From Carcharhinus amblyrhynchos (taxonomy: Eukaryota): DNA of 64,000 nt. Shown here one piece after another: positions 10,653 to 22,605 of this stretch. The translations under genes were made by a program, and so were the position numbers. The notes under the pieces are model-generated. The model ran no database searches and was not told where the DNA came from. It saw only the letters and a list, made by a program, of their open reading frames with translations. The stretch covers positions 31,124,001 to 31,188,000 of the forward strand of contig OZ336872.1 of the NCBI GenBank assembly GCA_965287045.1, in the 5' to 3' direction. Numbering within the stretch: the first letter of the stretch is position 1; each line of letters opens with the position of its first letter.

Positions 10653-11014
10653 CGCCCGCTGCCGCCCTTTGGAATGCCTGGTATTGTCAGACTTCTTACT
10701 TTTGGAACGCCGCGCCGAGAGCCCGCCCCTGCCGCGCGCTGGTTGGTGCCGGCTCCCACTGCCGCTGTGCTGACTGGCTGTGGCTGCTGTCAATCTGAGC
10801 CCGTAAACAAGTGGCCTCTGACCCTTCCGGGTTTGTCGTGATTAGGGCTGCCAACTTCATCATTTCAGATCAGGGCGTAATAAATGTTGATGTTAGGGAG
10901 AATGTAAATATAACCGTCCGTTACTGTTGGAGTGATTGGAAATGCTTGTGTAAAATTCCTATTTGAAAGCCAGGATTGAATCTTGTCCTCAGTTGGGTGG
11001 TGATTCCAGTTAGA

Positions 11015-11215
11015 TCATAGAAACTCTACAGTGCAGAAAGAGGCCATTTGGCCCATCGAGTCTGCAGCGAGCACAATCCCAGCCAGGCCCTAACCCCATA
11101 TCCCTACATATTTACCCACTAATCCCTTTAACCTACTCATCTCAGGACAGTAAGGGTAATTTTAGCATGACCAATCAACCTAACCTGCACATCTTTGGAC
11201 TGTGAGAGGAAACCG
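11015..11215 (-). mobile_element. V-SINE 3' half, CR1-type tail
   Basis: Plus strand CTACAGTGCAGAAAGAGGCCATTTGGCCC...CAACCTAACCTGCACATCTTTGGACTGTG is the reverse complement of the SINE body and tail. Confidence 0.8.
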
Positions 11216-11512
11216 CAGAATATTAATTCAAGTTGAGTTAAAGAATGAGTATTCAATATATTCATTGATTCATTGTCTTCAGTGATTCAAAACCTCCAAC
11301 TCTCACCGATGGGTGAGCCTTAGATTATTGATGGAACATTCATAACTTACTGGCTCAGATTTTCGCTGAGACTTGGGAGACCTTTGAAAGTAGTGGGCGG
11401 GAGCATATGTATAAGCCCCATATAAGGGGCACGAATGATACAAGTAGGAAATCTGAACTCAGCAGGACCATTTGACCATTTGAGTACCACAGTGGTCTTA
11501 ATCTGCAGAAGT

Positions 11513-11646
11513 CAAGCTTTCTGAGCACTGTTTCTTCATCAGGTGAAGGAGCAGTGCTCTGAAAGCTTGTGATTTCAAATAAACCTGGTGTCCACGTGGC
11601 CTCTCATCTTGACAACCCTAGTCCAACACCGGCATCTCCACATCAT
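11513..11646. mobile_element. Short palindromic Penelope-derived fragment with hammerhead motif
   Basis: CAAGCTTTCTGAGCACTG...TTCATCAGGTGA is followed by its inverse GGAGCAGTGCTCTGAAAGCTTG and the shared terminus AGTCCAACACCGGCATCTCCACATCA. Confidence 0.75.
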
Positions 11647-11969
11647 TGACATTCACCTTAAATCTGCCGCCTCTGATCCTCAATGCTTCAGCCAATAGGA
11701 ACAGTATTGTCTATCTGTTTTTGAACAGCCTCTTGTCATTGATTAGTGTTCATGATCATGAGCATTGACCTATGCTGTAATCAATATTTGCTGTGCTACA
11801 ATCAATTGTTTTCGCAGTATCATGCTGTTTTTAATGGTATTTCACATGCTGAACTGTTGTCCATTAAAAGATGCCAAGTTAATGAGCAATATGCAAACCT
11901 TGTGTTTCTCATAGCAAATTTTGGTTTTAGATGAAAATAGCGTGGCTGGATTATTTCTAATAATAGTGT

Positions 11970-12310
11970 TCTATTACACTTCCCACTGCCTCGGAAAAAC
12001 AGCCAGCATAATCAAGGACCTCATGCATCCTGGACATATTTTCTTTCTTCGGGAAAAATACACAAAAGTCTGTGATCGCATACTAACCAACTCAAGAACA
12101 GTTTCTTTTCTGCTACCATCAAGCTTTTGAATGGACCTACCATATATTAAACTGATCTTTCCCTGTACCCTATCTGTGACTGTAACACTATATTCTGCAC
12201 CCTCTCCTTTCCTTCTCCCTTATGTATTCTACGAATGGTGTGCTTTGTCTATAGAAATAATACTTTTCACTGTATCCCAATTTATGTGAAAATCAAATAA
12301 ATAAATTAAA
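11970..12310 (+). mobile_element. Rex/Babar-like LINE 3' fragment
   Basis: YTSHCLGKTASIIKD...; 3' end similar to 3540-3885. Confidence 0.7.
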
Positions 12311-13685
12311 TCAATAAACAGCTCTGTCAAATCTCACTCAACTTTTCTCTCAAGAGAACAACCCCAACTTTTCCAACCTATTCACATAACTGAAGACCCC
12401 CCATCCCTGGCATCATTTCCATAAATCTATTCTGCCCCCTCTCTAAACCTTCACAAGTTGTCTAAAGCACAATGCCCAGAATCTGACACAGATGCCCATA
12501 GACAGATTTACAATTAGTGAGGCCCTGTGCTCACATTAATTTCTGCACCCTCATCCCCAACCTCATTGCTCCCCACCCTTACTTGCCCTGCAAAACACAA
12601 AAGCACCAGTCACAGCAATTTAATCGCTACTTTTTCACCTGCAAAAACATGCCTGCGCGAATAATTGCCTTGCTGAAATCCAAGTCCACCTCTTGTCAGA
12701 ATGACGGTAAAGATGGTTAATATTGCGATATGAGATTTGAGGCAAACAAACATGAAACTTGCTGATGAGCAATGAGTTGGAAAAATCAGCCAATAACATC
12801 ACTGCCATATAGCTAGCAAAAGCATTGCCTAGCAACTCTTTGTTTAAAAGGAATCATGCATCACAGTTAGGGTTTCTTCAGAATGAGCCAGTGCAAGAGC
12901 AAATACTCCAATCAACAAGATACATACACTGCTGTTCAGTATATTTCACAGAGTCTCCAAAAATAAAAGTTAACTTCCTCTCACAAAATCAAAAAAAGTT
13001 ATTGTTATAAATTCATATGAGTGGAGTCCAATTAGTCAAATTCCAATATCAGGTGGCTTCGTGTGGCAGGATTCCGTTATTTGCCCAAGAGATTTTAAGA
13101 AGTCCAGTCTTGAGAGTGATGTTGGTGTTAAAGCATGTGACCAGCTTCAGCCATTATATCAGCTCAACAATGGTCATTTTGAAAAACAAAATTTAAACAA
13201 GAGAAAATGGAAGAAGGACAGCTTTTAAAAATTTCCTTACTTCATCCTTTGTTGACATGGCAATTTAGATAGCTTTTCTTTACACTTTTCCTTTACAAAA
13301 TAATCAATTACACAATCATAGGTAATATCTTGTAAAGATGTACTTTGAATTCTCAATTTTGTGAAATTGTCAAATGTTCCTGACACACCGTACTTTGTAA
13401 ATAATTTTTAACTCCTTTTAAACAGAAAAAGAACATTCACAGAAGCATTTATGACAGGTATTGTTAAAAGTATTTTCAGAATGGTTTCCACATTAGGATT
13501 GCCTGCAAACCATCAGATACAAGTCTGTACAAATCAGCTGGTGATTTTGAAGCACAGAGTTCATCATTATCGATAAAATGAATGTATCATTTCACTTAAT
13601 TTTCAAAAAGATTTGTGCCCATGTCCTGGTAGAACTCACACAATTTCTTACTGCAATGGTTTTTAGCATTTTCATCCACACCTCT

Positions 13686-14597
13686 CAATGTGGTTAGTAA
13701 GTTTGCAGATGATACCAAGATTGGTGGCATCGTGGACAGTGAAGAAGGTTTTCTAGGATTGCAATGGGATCTTGATCAATTGGGCCAGTGGGATGACGAA
13801 TGGCAGATGGAGTTTTAGATAAATGCAAGGTGATGCATTTTGGTCAATTGAAACAGGGCAGGACTTAGTCAGTTAATGGTAGGGGAGAGTTACAGAACAA
13901 AGAGATCCAGGGGTACAGGTTCATAGCTCCTTGAAAGTGGAGTTACAGGTGGACAGAGTAGTGAAGAAGGCATTTGGCATGCTTGATTTAATTGGTCAGA
14001 ACACTGAATACAGGAGTTGGGACATCTTGTTGAAGTTGTGCAAGACACCAGTAAGGCCACACTTGGAATACTGTGTACAGTTCTGATCATCCTATTATAG
14101 AAAGGATATTATTAAGCTAGAAAGAGTGCAGAAAAAATTACTAGGATTCTACCAGGAATTGATAGTTTGAGGCTGAATAGACTGGGACTTTTTTCTTTGG
14201 AGCGTAGGAGGCTTAGGGATGATCTTATAGAGGTCTAAAATAATGAGGGGCATAGATCAACTAGATAGTCAATCTTTTCCCAAAGGTAGGGGAGTCTGAA
14301 ACTAGAAGGCATCGATTTAATATGATAGGGGAGTGATACAAAAGTGTCCAGAGGAGCAATATTTTCACACGGAGGGTGGTGAGTGTCTGGAACAAGCTGC
14401 CAGAGGTACTCAGAGGCGGGTACAATTTTGTCTCAAAAAAAATGTTTAGACAGTTATGTGGGTAAGATGGGTATAGAGGGATATGGGCCAAACGCAGGCA
14501 ATTGGGATGAGCTTAGGGGTTAAAAAAAGGGCAGCATGGACAAGTTGGGCCAAAGGGATTGTTTCCATACTGTAAACCTCTGACTCTATGACTCTGT
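13686..14597 (+). mobile_element. CR1 LINE 3' fragment (different subfamily) inserted in the hAT
   Basis: Starts ...AAGTTTGCAGATGATACCAAG (KFADDTK); ends CTGTAAACCTCTGACTCTATGACTCT. Confidence 0.9.
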
Positions 14598-15825
14598 CAA
14601 AAAGCACAGAAAATAAATCAACAGTTTTCTTCAAAGATTCACTTCTACTCTGCAATTTCACCATTAGAATGTCACAAATAGTGTTGACAGTCTCAATGAT
14701 CTTATCTTTCCTGTTTTGAAGTGATTTCATTGTCTCTAGTTTCACAGAGAATAACTTCCTATGTCTTATATGATTCTCATCAGAGGAACCTTTTTTTTTG
14801 TTAGTGCTTCTGTTTCCACCAAGCTGTAGTCATTTTCAACTTCCATGATAAAACTTTTAACTAACTAAACAAATTTGTGTCAATATTTTGCAGCAATTTG
14901 CTGACAACATTAATTCTTTGAAGTAAATGGTTCAACAAAAGAATAAAACAGCAATATTGCACCTTTCAAATTTCTCTCCTAAGGATGATGCTTTAGTTTC
15001 ACACACGGCTTTTTTGAATTTGATTTGGGTATGTTTAATAAGATTTCCTTTATATCACCGAAGCACATTTTCAAAGCCAAAACAGTATCTGCAGGAGCAG
15101 ACCACCTCATGTCACGAATTCTTTTCACTGTGAAATGTTTTCCCTGTGATTGTAATGTATTCCACCGACGTGTGGAAAATGAAAGAAAGTCAAAAAATGT
15201 ATAGCACCTCACAGAATTTGGCTGCAGATTAAATTCATGGAATGACTGGAACACGGGATAAATAATGTGCAGGGGCTTGTATTGTTCAGTCTTCCTTGCA
15301 GACCTGAATAAATTGCATCATTGAAGCTCTGTCCACAACAATTGTTGATGTTTGAGCCTAAATTTACAATGATTTCTAAAACATTTGTCTTCAGACATTC
15401 AGAAGTGTGAGATTTTAGCTGGACAAAACAAACAAATTGCTCTACAAGTTCACCATTGCTGATCACGTATCTTAAAATTACTGTTAATTGTTCCACATGA
15501 CTCACATCTGGTGTTGAATCAACTATTATGGAATAATATTTGGCATCTTTAACTTCATTTGCGAATTGGTTTCTCAGCCACTCTGCCATTAGAATGAAGT
15601 ATTCATAGGTCTGGTGGATTAAAAAGTTGGTCTTCCCTGAGCTGCAGTATTGACAACTTTTCAAAAGACTCTTCGAGAAGCTCATCAAATTCACTGAGAT
15701 ATTCAAAGCAAGATAAAAATATTACCTTTTCGATTTGACAATGATGACTCATCATGTGCTCTTAGAGGTAGTCCCAAAGAAGATAGCAGTTTGACATGGC
15801 AACAACAAACATCATCAACAACATC

Positions 15826-15990
15826 AGATTTTTGAATGGACCTACCTCGCATTAAGTTCTCTACACCCTAGCTATGATTGTCACACTACATTCTGCACTC
15901 TCTCCTTTTCTTTTCTATGAATGATATGCTTTGTCTGAATAGCGCACAAGAAACAATACTTTTCACTGTATACCAGTACATATGACAATA
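15826..15990 (+). mobile_element. Rex/Babar-like LINE 3' end, split by the RTE (remainder 20066-20095)
   Basis: CAGATTTTTGAATGGACCT...AATACTTTTCACTGTATACCAGTACATATGACAATA continues after the RTE as ...ACATATGACAATAATAAAACAAATCAAA. Confidence 0.85.
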
Positions 15991-18900
15991 TGTTGTTGTT
16001 CGTCCATCATCATCGATGAGGACGTCAACGCCATTAGTCATTTTGAGGCTGGTTGCGGTGTGTCCGAAGATGACTGATCAGGCCAATTCGGGCACAGAAT
16101 GTCCTGGCGCATATTGGGCAGACTTGTATAGACACTGTAGTTGTTGCGCTGGTGGCTCTGGACTTGCGCAGCTTGCGCTTAAGTTGTGCTTCAGCGATAC
16201 ACCTTGCTTCATGAGCTTGACAGCCTTTGTGGATGAGGCAGTGCCAGGTAGGACGGTTTTGTGCCAGCGTTTCCCAAGTGGTTGTGTCAATGTCAAGCGA
16301 CTTCAGGGAGGCCTTGAGTGTGTCTTTGAAATGTTTCTTCTGCCCTCCATACGAGCGTTTTCCAGCAGAGAGTTCCCCAAAAAGGAGCTGCTTGGGTATG
16401 CGCTCGTCTGACATACGGATGACATGACCTGCCCACTGGGTCTGCGCTCTCATCAGCAGTGTGTGGACTGGTGGTAGACTTGCTCTAGAGAGAACTTCAG
16501 GGTCTGGTACTATGTCTTGCCACCAGATGCATAATATTCTGCAAAGACAAGTCATGTGGAAATGATTGAGCTGTCTTGCATGCCTTCAGTACACAGTTCA
16601 CGTTTCACAGGCATATAGGAAGGTAGTGAGTACCACGGTGCTGTAGACCTTCAGTTTTGTTGCTGGACTGATTCCTCGACATTCCCATACAGTGGAGCGC
16701 AGTCTACCAAAAGCAGAACTTGCCTTTGCTATTCTGCAGTTAACTTCTGCATCAATAGTCACTGATTGGGAGAGGGTGCTGGATGAGTGAACTGGTCCAC
16801 TGCCTGTAGTTTCTGCCCTTTGATTGTGATATTGGGTTCTCTGTACGGTGCATGAGGAGCAGGCTGGTGCATGACTTCGGTCTTTTTAATGTTGATGGTG
16901 AGTCCAAAGTTGTCACAAACCGTGGAAAATTTGTCCATACTGACTTGCAACTCTGGCTCTGAGCCAGTTTACAGGGCGCAGTCATCAGCAAAGAGGAAAT
17001 CTCTCAGAACAGTCTCTTCCACTTTGGTAATAGATTGAAGTCTCCTCAGGTTAAAGAGCTTCCTATCCACTCTGTACTTGAGGCTGATTCCAGCAACACT
17101 GTCCTGGAAGGCATCATTCAGCAAAGCAGTAAGCATCATGCTGAACAGTGTGGGTGTGAGCACACAGCCCTGTTTGATGCCATTGGTGACTGGGAATGCC
17201 TTAGAGGATTCTCTGCCATCCAGTACTCTGGCCAACATGCCATCATGGAACTGGCATAACATCTGAATGAATTTGGGGGGGCAGTCGAACTTCGACATGA
17301 TCCTCCACAGGCCTTGTCGGCTTACAGTATCGAAGGCTTTCGCAAGGTCAACAAAGGTTGTGTAGAGCTCGCAATTCTGCTCCTGACACTTCTCCTGAAG
17401 TTGGCGCGCAGCAAAAATCATGTCAGTCGTCCCATGACCTTGGCAGAAGCCACACTGTGACTCTGGAAGCAGGCCCTGCTCCAGATGAGTGACCAGACGA
17501 TTTAGCAGGACTCTTGCGAGGGCTTTTCCTGTGATGGAGAGCAGCGAGATTCCTTGGTGGTTGTTGCATACTTGCCGATTGCCCTTCCTCTTTGTAGAGG
17601 TGTACAATGAAAGCATCTTTAAGTTCCTGAAGACTGGATCCTTGCTTCCAAAAGGACTGGAACAACTCGGTGAACTTCTTGATAAGTACAGGACCAGCAG
17701 CTTTATAGATCTCTGCAGGAATGACATCTGCCCCTGGGGCTTTGCCACTGGATAGCTGGCTGACAGCTTTCGTGACTTTGGCTACTACTGGTGGGTCATC
17801 CATGGCACTGTTGATATCAATCTGTAGAATCCTGTCTACTGCCTCATCGTTAATAGATGACGATTGGTTGAGGACGGCTTCAAAGTGTTCAGCCCATCTC
17901 TGCAGAATCTGAGCCTTCTCTGTAATGAGAGTTGACACCATCTGTACTCAGGAGGGGGGGACTCCAGAGAGATTGAGGTCCGTAGAGAGTGTTGAGGGCT
18001 TCATAGAACCGTTTCAAGTTGTTTCTGTCAGTGTATCCCTGTATTTCATCTGCCTTGGCGCTCAGCCAGGCATCCTGCATTTTACGCAGTTTATTCTGGA
18101 CTGTCCTGCGAGCACTGGTAAAAGCATTTTTCTTGGCAGCTGAAGATGGGTCGTTCTGACAGGCCCGATGAAGACGGTGCTTTTCAACAAGTAGAGCCTG
18201 TATCTCATCATTCTCATCGAACCAGTCATGCTGCTTGCGGGTAGAGGGTCCAAGCATCTTCAGCGTGGATATATGGATAGCATCCTTGAAGTATTCCCAG
18301 TCATCCTCAGCGCGAGGGGTATGTCAGCAAGCTTGATTTCTAAGTCTTCAGACAGTGCTGAAGCTATCTTGGAGTTCCTTAGCTTGGCCGCATTGATTCT
18401 TTTCATAACCTTGCTTTCGCCTCTTGGGTCTAATGCGGAGCCTCATTTTGGAGACAATGAGCCTGTGATCTGTCCAGCAGTCTGCACCAAACATGGCCTT
18501 GGTTACTCTGACATCCTGTCTGTCTTTTCTCCTGACAATGACATGGTTGATAAGATGCCAATGCTTACAGCGGGGGTGCATCCAGGAGGTCTTGTTACGG
18601 GTAGGCAGACGGAAGGTTGTGTTGGCAATGAGGAGATTGTGTGCTGCACAGGTCTTCAGTAAGAGTAGGCCATTACTGTTACACTTGCCCACTCCATGCC
18701 TCCCAATGACTCCCTGACAGATCGCAGAGTCACATCCTACTCTTGCATTGAAATTGCCAAGCAAGATCAGCTTGTCGGTACTGCTGACTGCTGATAGTAG
18801 GGCGTCTAGTTCTTCATAGAGCTTGTCTTTCATCTCATCCGGGTTGTTCATTGTGGGGGCATAGGCACTGATCAGGATGGCTTGACTTCTGTCCTGTAGC

Positions 18901-20065
18901 GGAAGCTGTAATGTCATAAGCTGGTTGTCACATCCTTGGGCAGACTGTCAAGTTTCTGAACAAGGTGACTCCTGACGGCAAATCCAACTCCAGCATCACG
19001 ACACCCATCGCTGCTGCGACTGCTCCAGAAAAAGGTGTATCCACCTCCAGTTTCAGTCAACTGATCTACGTTGGCAAGATGAGTTTCGCTCAGGGCTGCA
19101 ATGTCAATGTTGTATCTTGCAAGCTCTCTGGCTGTTGCAAGCTCTCAGGCTGTTCTTCTCTCTGGTCTGTCTGCTGTAGGGTTGTCCAAAACCGTGCGCA
19201 CGTTCCAAGTGCCAATGGTGAGCGGTGTCACCTTGTGTTTTGTGTGTTCAGTCTCAAGATGGGATCCCCGTCAGCTGTGGTAAACTGGCCAGGGTGTAGT
19301 GAAGCAGGCAATGTTTAGGGCACCTTTTCTAGCCCCTTCCTCATTCTATGGAGGTGAGCAGTGCGTTCCTGAAGAGGACTGCTCAGTCGCCCAGGTAGAC
19401 ACTGAGTTCCACTGCTACTTCGGTCAGCGGAAAACGACCATTAGACCTGAGCCACCTGCGTGCTGGTCTGTGACTACAGCTCCCAGTGTATCCACACCTG
19501 CTGCTTCGTCGCTCGCCCATCGCCACAGGACTTCAAGGATTGAATAGGACACTGATGATGATGATGATGGTGTCGAAACTAGAGCTTGATTTGGATTAAA
19601 GCGAGGGAGAGTTGTGCAGCGTCAGCCTCACTCTCTCTTCCCAATTCCCATCTAGATCCAGTGGCAAGACAGTCAGGACGGCTGGAGGTGGGACTAGGTG
19701 CAGTGGATGACCAAGACGTCTTCTGTGTCTTGTCTTGCTCTTTGCAATCCATGATGCTTGCAGAGACCACCTTCTCGACCGTTGGATCTTCCATTGGTCT
19801 CTTCTGCTCAATCCGCTGGACTCTGTCTTGACATGCTGGGATAGACATCTCCCTATCTCACCGAGGGTTGAGACCTGTCGGCTACCCTCACCTGGTTTAG
19901 CCGGCTGGTTGAGGCCGTTGCCCGGGGTGTGTCCACTGTCGCATGCAAACAGCTACGGGGAGCCACAGGTGAGAGCTGAGTGCCAGGTGGGGACAGAGGA
20001 TGGACAAGCCGCCCTGAAAGGATGCGACATGTTTCCCCACCAAAGGTATTACCCCTCCCTGACAA
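15991..20065 (-). mobile_element. Full-length RTE-clade LINE (~4.07 kb), frameshifted
   Basis: APE motifs (IGTWNVRT, SAYAPT, LGNFNARVG, TDHRL), RT motifs (LPESQCGF, FVDLAKAFDTV, KQGCVLTP, LFADD), C-terminal C2H2 finger CPICARTFCARIGLISHLRTH and a (CAA)n tail at 15991-16000. 13-bp TSD ACATATGACAATA at 15978-15990 and 20066-20078. Confidence 0.96.
19885..20055 (-). ncRNA. Candidate HDV-like self-cleaving ribozyme at the RTE 5' end
   Basis: On the minus strand CUCUCACCUG pairs with CAGGUGAGGG (P2), and ACACCCC-GGGCAAC-GGC..GCC-GGCUAAAC resembles HDV P1'/P1.1/P4/J4-2. P3/L3 fits only imperfectly. Confidence 0.45.
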
Positions 20066-20337
20066 ACATATGACAATAATAAAACAAATCAAAACATGTC
20101 AGCATTTTCCTTCAATAAGAACACTTTTTCAATCTGAGCTGATAATGCGGAATCAATTCTTCCAGATAATTTACATCTGTGAATGAACGCATACGTAGCT
20201 TTAGTATGCACTTTGGAAGTTTGACGATCAGCAAAATCTCTTAAACCATTTCTCCAATTGAAGTTCTTGTCGATGAATGTGCGATTCCCTTTACTAGGGT
20301 CAGGCTCAGGGAATAATTTGCAAATAGCAGAGCCAGC

Positions 20338-20427
20338 GTCAGATCAGCCATGATCTTATTGAATGGCGGGGCAGGCTCGAAGGGCTAGATGGCCTACGCC
20401 TGCTCCTATTTCTTATGTTATGTTCTT
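20338..20427 (+). mobile_element. Very short 3' end of the young CR1 family, inserted in the hAT
   Basis: AGATCAGCCATGATCTTATTGAATGGCGGGGCAGGCTCGAAGGGCTAGATGGCCTA...TTCTTATGTTATGTTCTT matches 9281-9362. Confidence 0.9.
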
Positions 20428-22321
20428 AGAGCTTTCCAAAAGAACTCAGCCAATTTCTAATTTCAGTCATCCCATTTCTCTTCACCCTCCAGAGAACGGA
20501 ACTGATGAAGATTTCTAATCTGCATTCAGCCTTCAACTTCAAAATCTCTTTTCAGATTTTCCATATTACCTATGGTTTTTGGTTTATTTTGTACAAAATG
20601 TTTTGCCACACCCAGAGAGACATACTTTGGCCACAAGGCAATGTCTTCAGGATAGATTTCTTCCCTCCCCAACAGAATGAGTAACATCTTGTAGTTCCAT
20701 TGTAGTTTCAGAGTCCACTTGTTTAACTTTTGCAGTCAATGTGGTATCTCTGGAGATTGTCAAGTTATTAGATAATTCACCCATACTTCTGGACGAATGA
20801 TTGATAAAAAACTTTGAACTTCTAAAAATAAAATGACAAACTATCTTTTTGCTCAGCTTCATTCTCGTCTTGCCTTCTTTTTTCTGTGCTTTTGACTGCC
20901 AGACTGATAGTGTTGTTTCATTTTGCTAAAGAAACTGATCTTGATTTTAGGCAGCTAATAAAGCATCTGAAAGAGCAGGTGTTTGCACAGTCACTCTCAT
21001 GATTTCACCAGGTTCAAGCTTGGCATTAATCTTTTAACTATGAAGCTGATTCTGCTCATAGATTTCAAACTGGGTCACACTACCCATTTCCCACCTCTCT
21101 GCCCCTCACACTCCCATTCTCACTTTACTTGTCTGAGTATGCAAGGCAACCTGCTTCACCTATGCTGTGCCTTCATCATGGCTGCCATGTCTCAAGGCAT
21201 TGTGTGCCTACTGCTGGCCTGAGGCAGGGTGGGGGGTGGTGCAGCAGAGATCTGCTCTGCTGCTGAGGCAAACCTAGGCTTTTCCACACCACACAGCTTC
21301 CAAACCACATCTCAGGCAGCTGCTGCTAGGGTTTCTTACTGAAGGTAAATGAGAAGCTCACAAGAAGTCAGAATGGGTATTTTTGCTTTGCATTTCTATT
21401 GAAGTAAAGTGTTGGAAATACTCAGTACATCTGTGCAGAGAGAAACAGAGGTCAATGACCTTTTAACAGAGCTAGTGGAAATCTTGGACCTGAAGCATTG
21501 ACCCTGTCTCTTTCCCTTCACTGGTGTTGCCTGGCCTACTTGAGTATTTTCATCATGTTGTATTTATATTTCAGATATTCAGCATCGGCAGTAGTTTTAT
21601 TTTATGCTGCATACTGGGCATTTGCAAGTGTGGTTAGTTTCAATTTAAAATGAGAAAATACACAAAATCTAATTTGTGTGTCAAGTGTTTGGTACCAATT
21701 TACTGGAAGGTTTTTCCATATTTAAATTTGGAATGGAAACCAATAGAATGTGTCACTGTTAATTCAAGATATTCTCATTTGTACATAGGATTGTTGTCTA
21801 ATGTGCTAGAGGTTCAAGTCTTTTGGATGTTGTTGTCTGGATATTGCATAGGGCCTGCTGCAGAGATGCAGAGCTGGTTGCATAATACAACTTGGTCATT
21901 TATATGTAGTTGTCTGATAGTGTATTATACTGAAATCTGGGTGATCGATCAGCTTTATAAAGAGAGGCATAGAACAAAAAAGCCAAGAGATTTTGCTAAA
22001 CCCCAACAGTTGACCCCGCTGTGACTATTGCTGCAAAAGCTGCTGCTCTACAGCCACAACAGTGCCAGGAGGTAGACAGACAGCAACACTATGGCACTGG
22101 TGGAGGAGCCTCCCCCTTACGTCACTTGGTCTAACTTGTGCAGCCACCAAGTCAGATACTGGGACTGCTCTTATCATTTGACTAGTTGGGGTTGCGATCA
22201 GCACTTGGTGAATCACGTAGACACAAGTGGACTCCAACCAAACTGGGGTAAAGGATAATTTATGGCTGATCTCAGGAATTCTGCTCTGGGGGATCTATGC
22301 CAGAAATATGCAAAAGATGGG

Positions 22322-22605
22322 AAGCATGGTGGCACAACAGTTAGCACTGCTGCCTCACAGTGCCAGGGACCTGGTTTCAATTCTGGCCTTGGTTCACTGG
22401 CTATATGGTGTTTGCATATTCTCTCCTGGTGCTCCGGTTTCCTCCCACAGTCCAAAGATGTACAAGTTAGGTTGATTGGTCTTTCTAAATTGACCCTAGT
22501 GTTAGGAGGATTAACAGGGTAAAACGTGTGGAGTTACAAGAATAGGGCCTCGGTGGGATTTTTGTTGATGGGCTGAATGGCCTCCTGTACTGTAGGGATT
22601 CTATG
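22322..22605 (+). mobile_element. V-SINE, CR1-type tail
   Basis: AGCATGGTGGCACAACAGTTAGCACTGCTGCCTCACAG...GGGCTGAATGGCCTCC...TGTAGGGATTCTATG. Confidence 0.88.

Larger units (their letters stand above)
10140..10850 (-). promoter_or_regulatory. CpG-rich promoter/first-exon region of ACOX2
   Basis: Sharp local rise in GC and CpG content in an AT-rich background, spanning the first coding exon. FOX-like GTAAACA (10803-10809), DR1-like GGGTCA-G-AGGCCA (minus, 10812-10824) and ETS CCGGAAG (minus, 10824-10830) are clustered upstream. Confidence 0.75.
13260..20921 (-). mobile_element. Decayed hAT (Tip100/ZMYM1-like) DNA transposase, interrupted by nested retroelements
   Basis: N-terminus MKQHYQSGSQKHRKKKARRE at 20921. 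Catalytic-D region AKYYSIIVDSTPDVSHVEQLTVILRYV and PCSSHSMNL (15209-15706). C-terminal dimerisation-domain remnant PNVETILKILLTIPVINAS...KNYLQSTVCQEHL (~13370-13500). Many stops and frameshifts. Confidence 0.85.

Noticed and set aside
10136-10793. Overlapping repetitive ORFs in all frames, including the 214-aa minus-strand ORF
   Set aside because: The 39-bp unit is a multiple of three and has no stops. Only 10652-10505 is supported as coding; the basic 47-codon upstream extension starts at a TTG and is most simply 5'UTR.
12495-22300. Possible hAT terminal inverted repeats (CATAGAC at ~12498 and ATCTATG at ~22293)
   Set aside because: The match does not extend beyond about 6-7 bp and no 8-bp TSD was found, so the element ends remain undefined.
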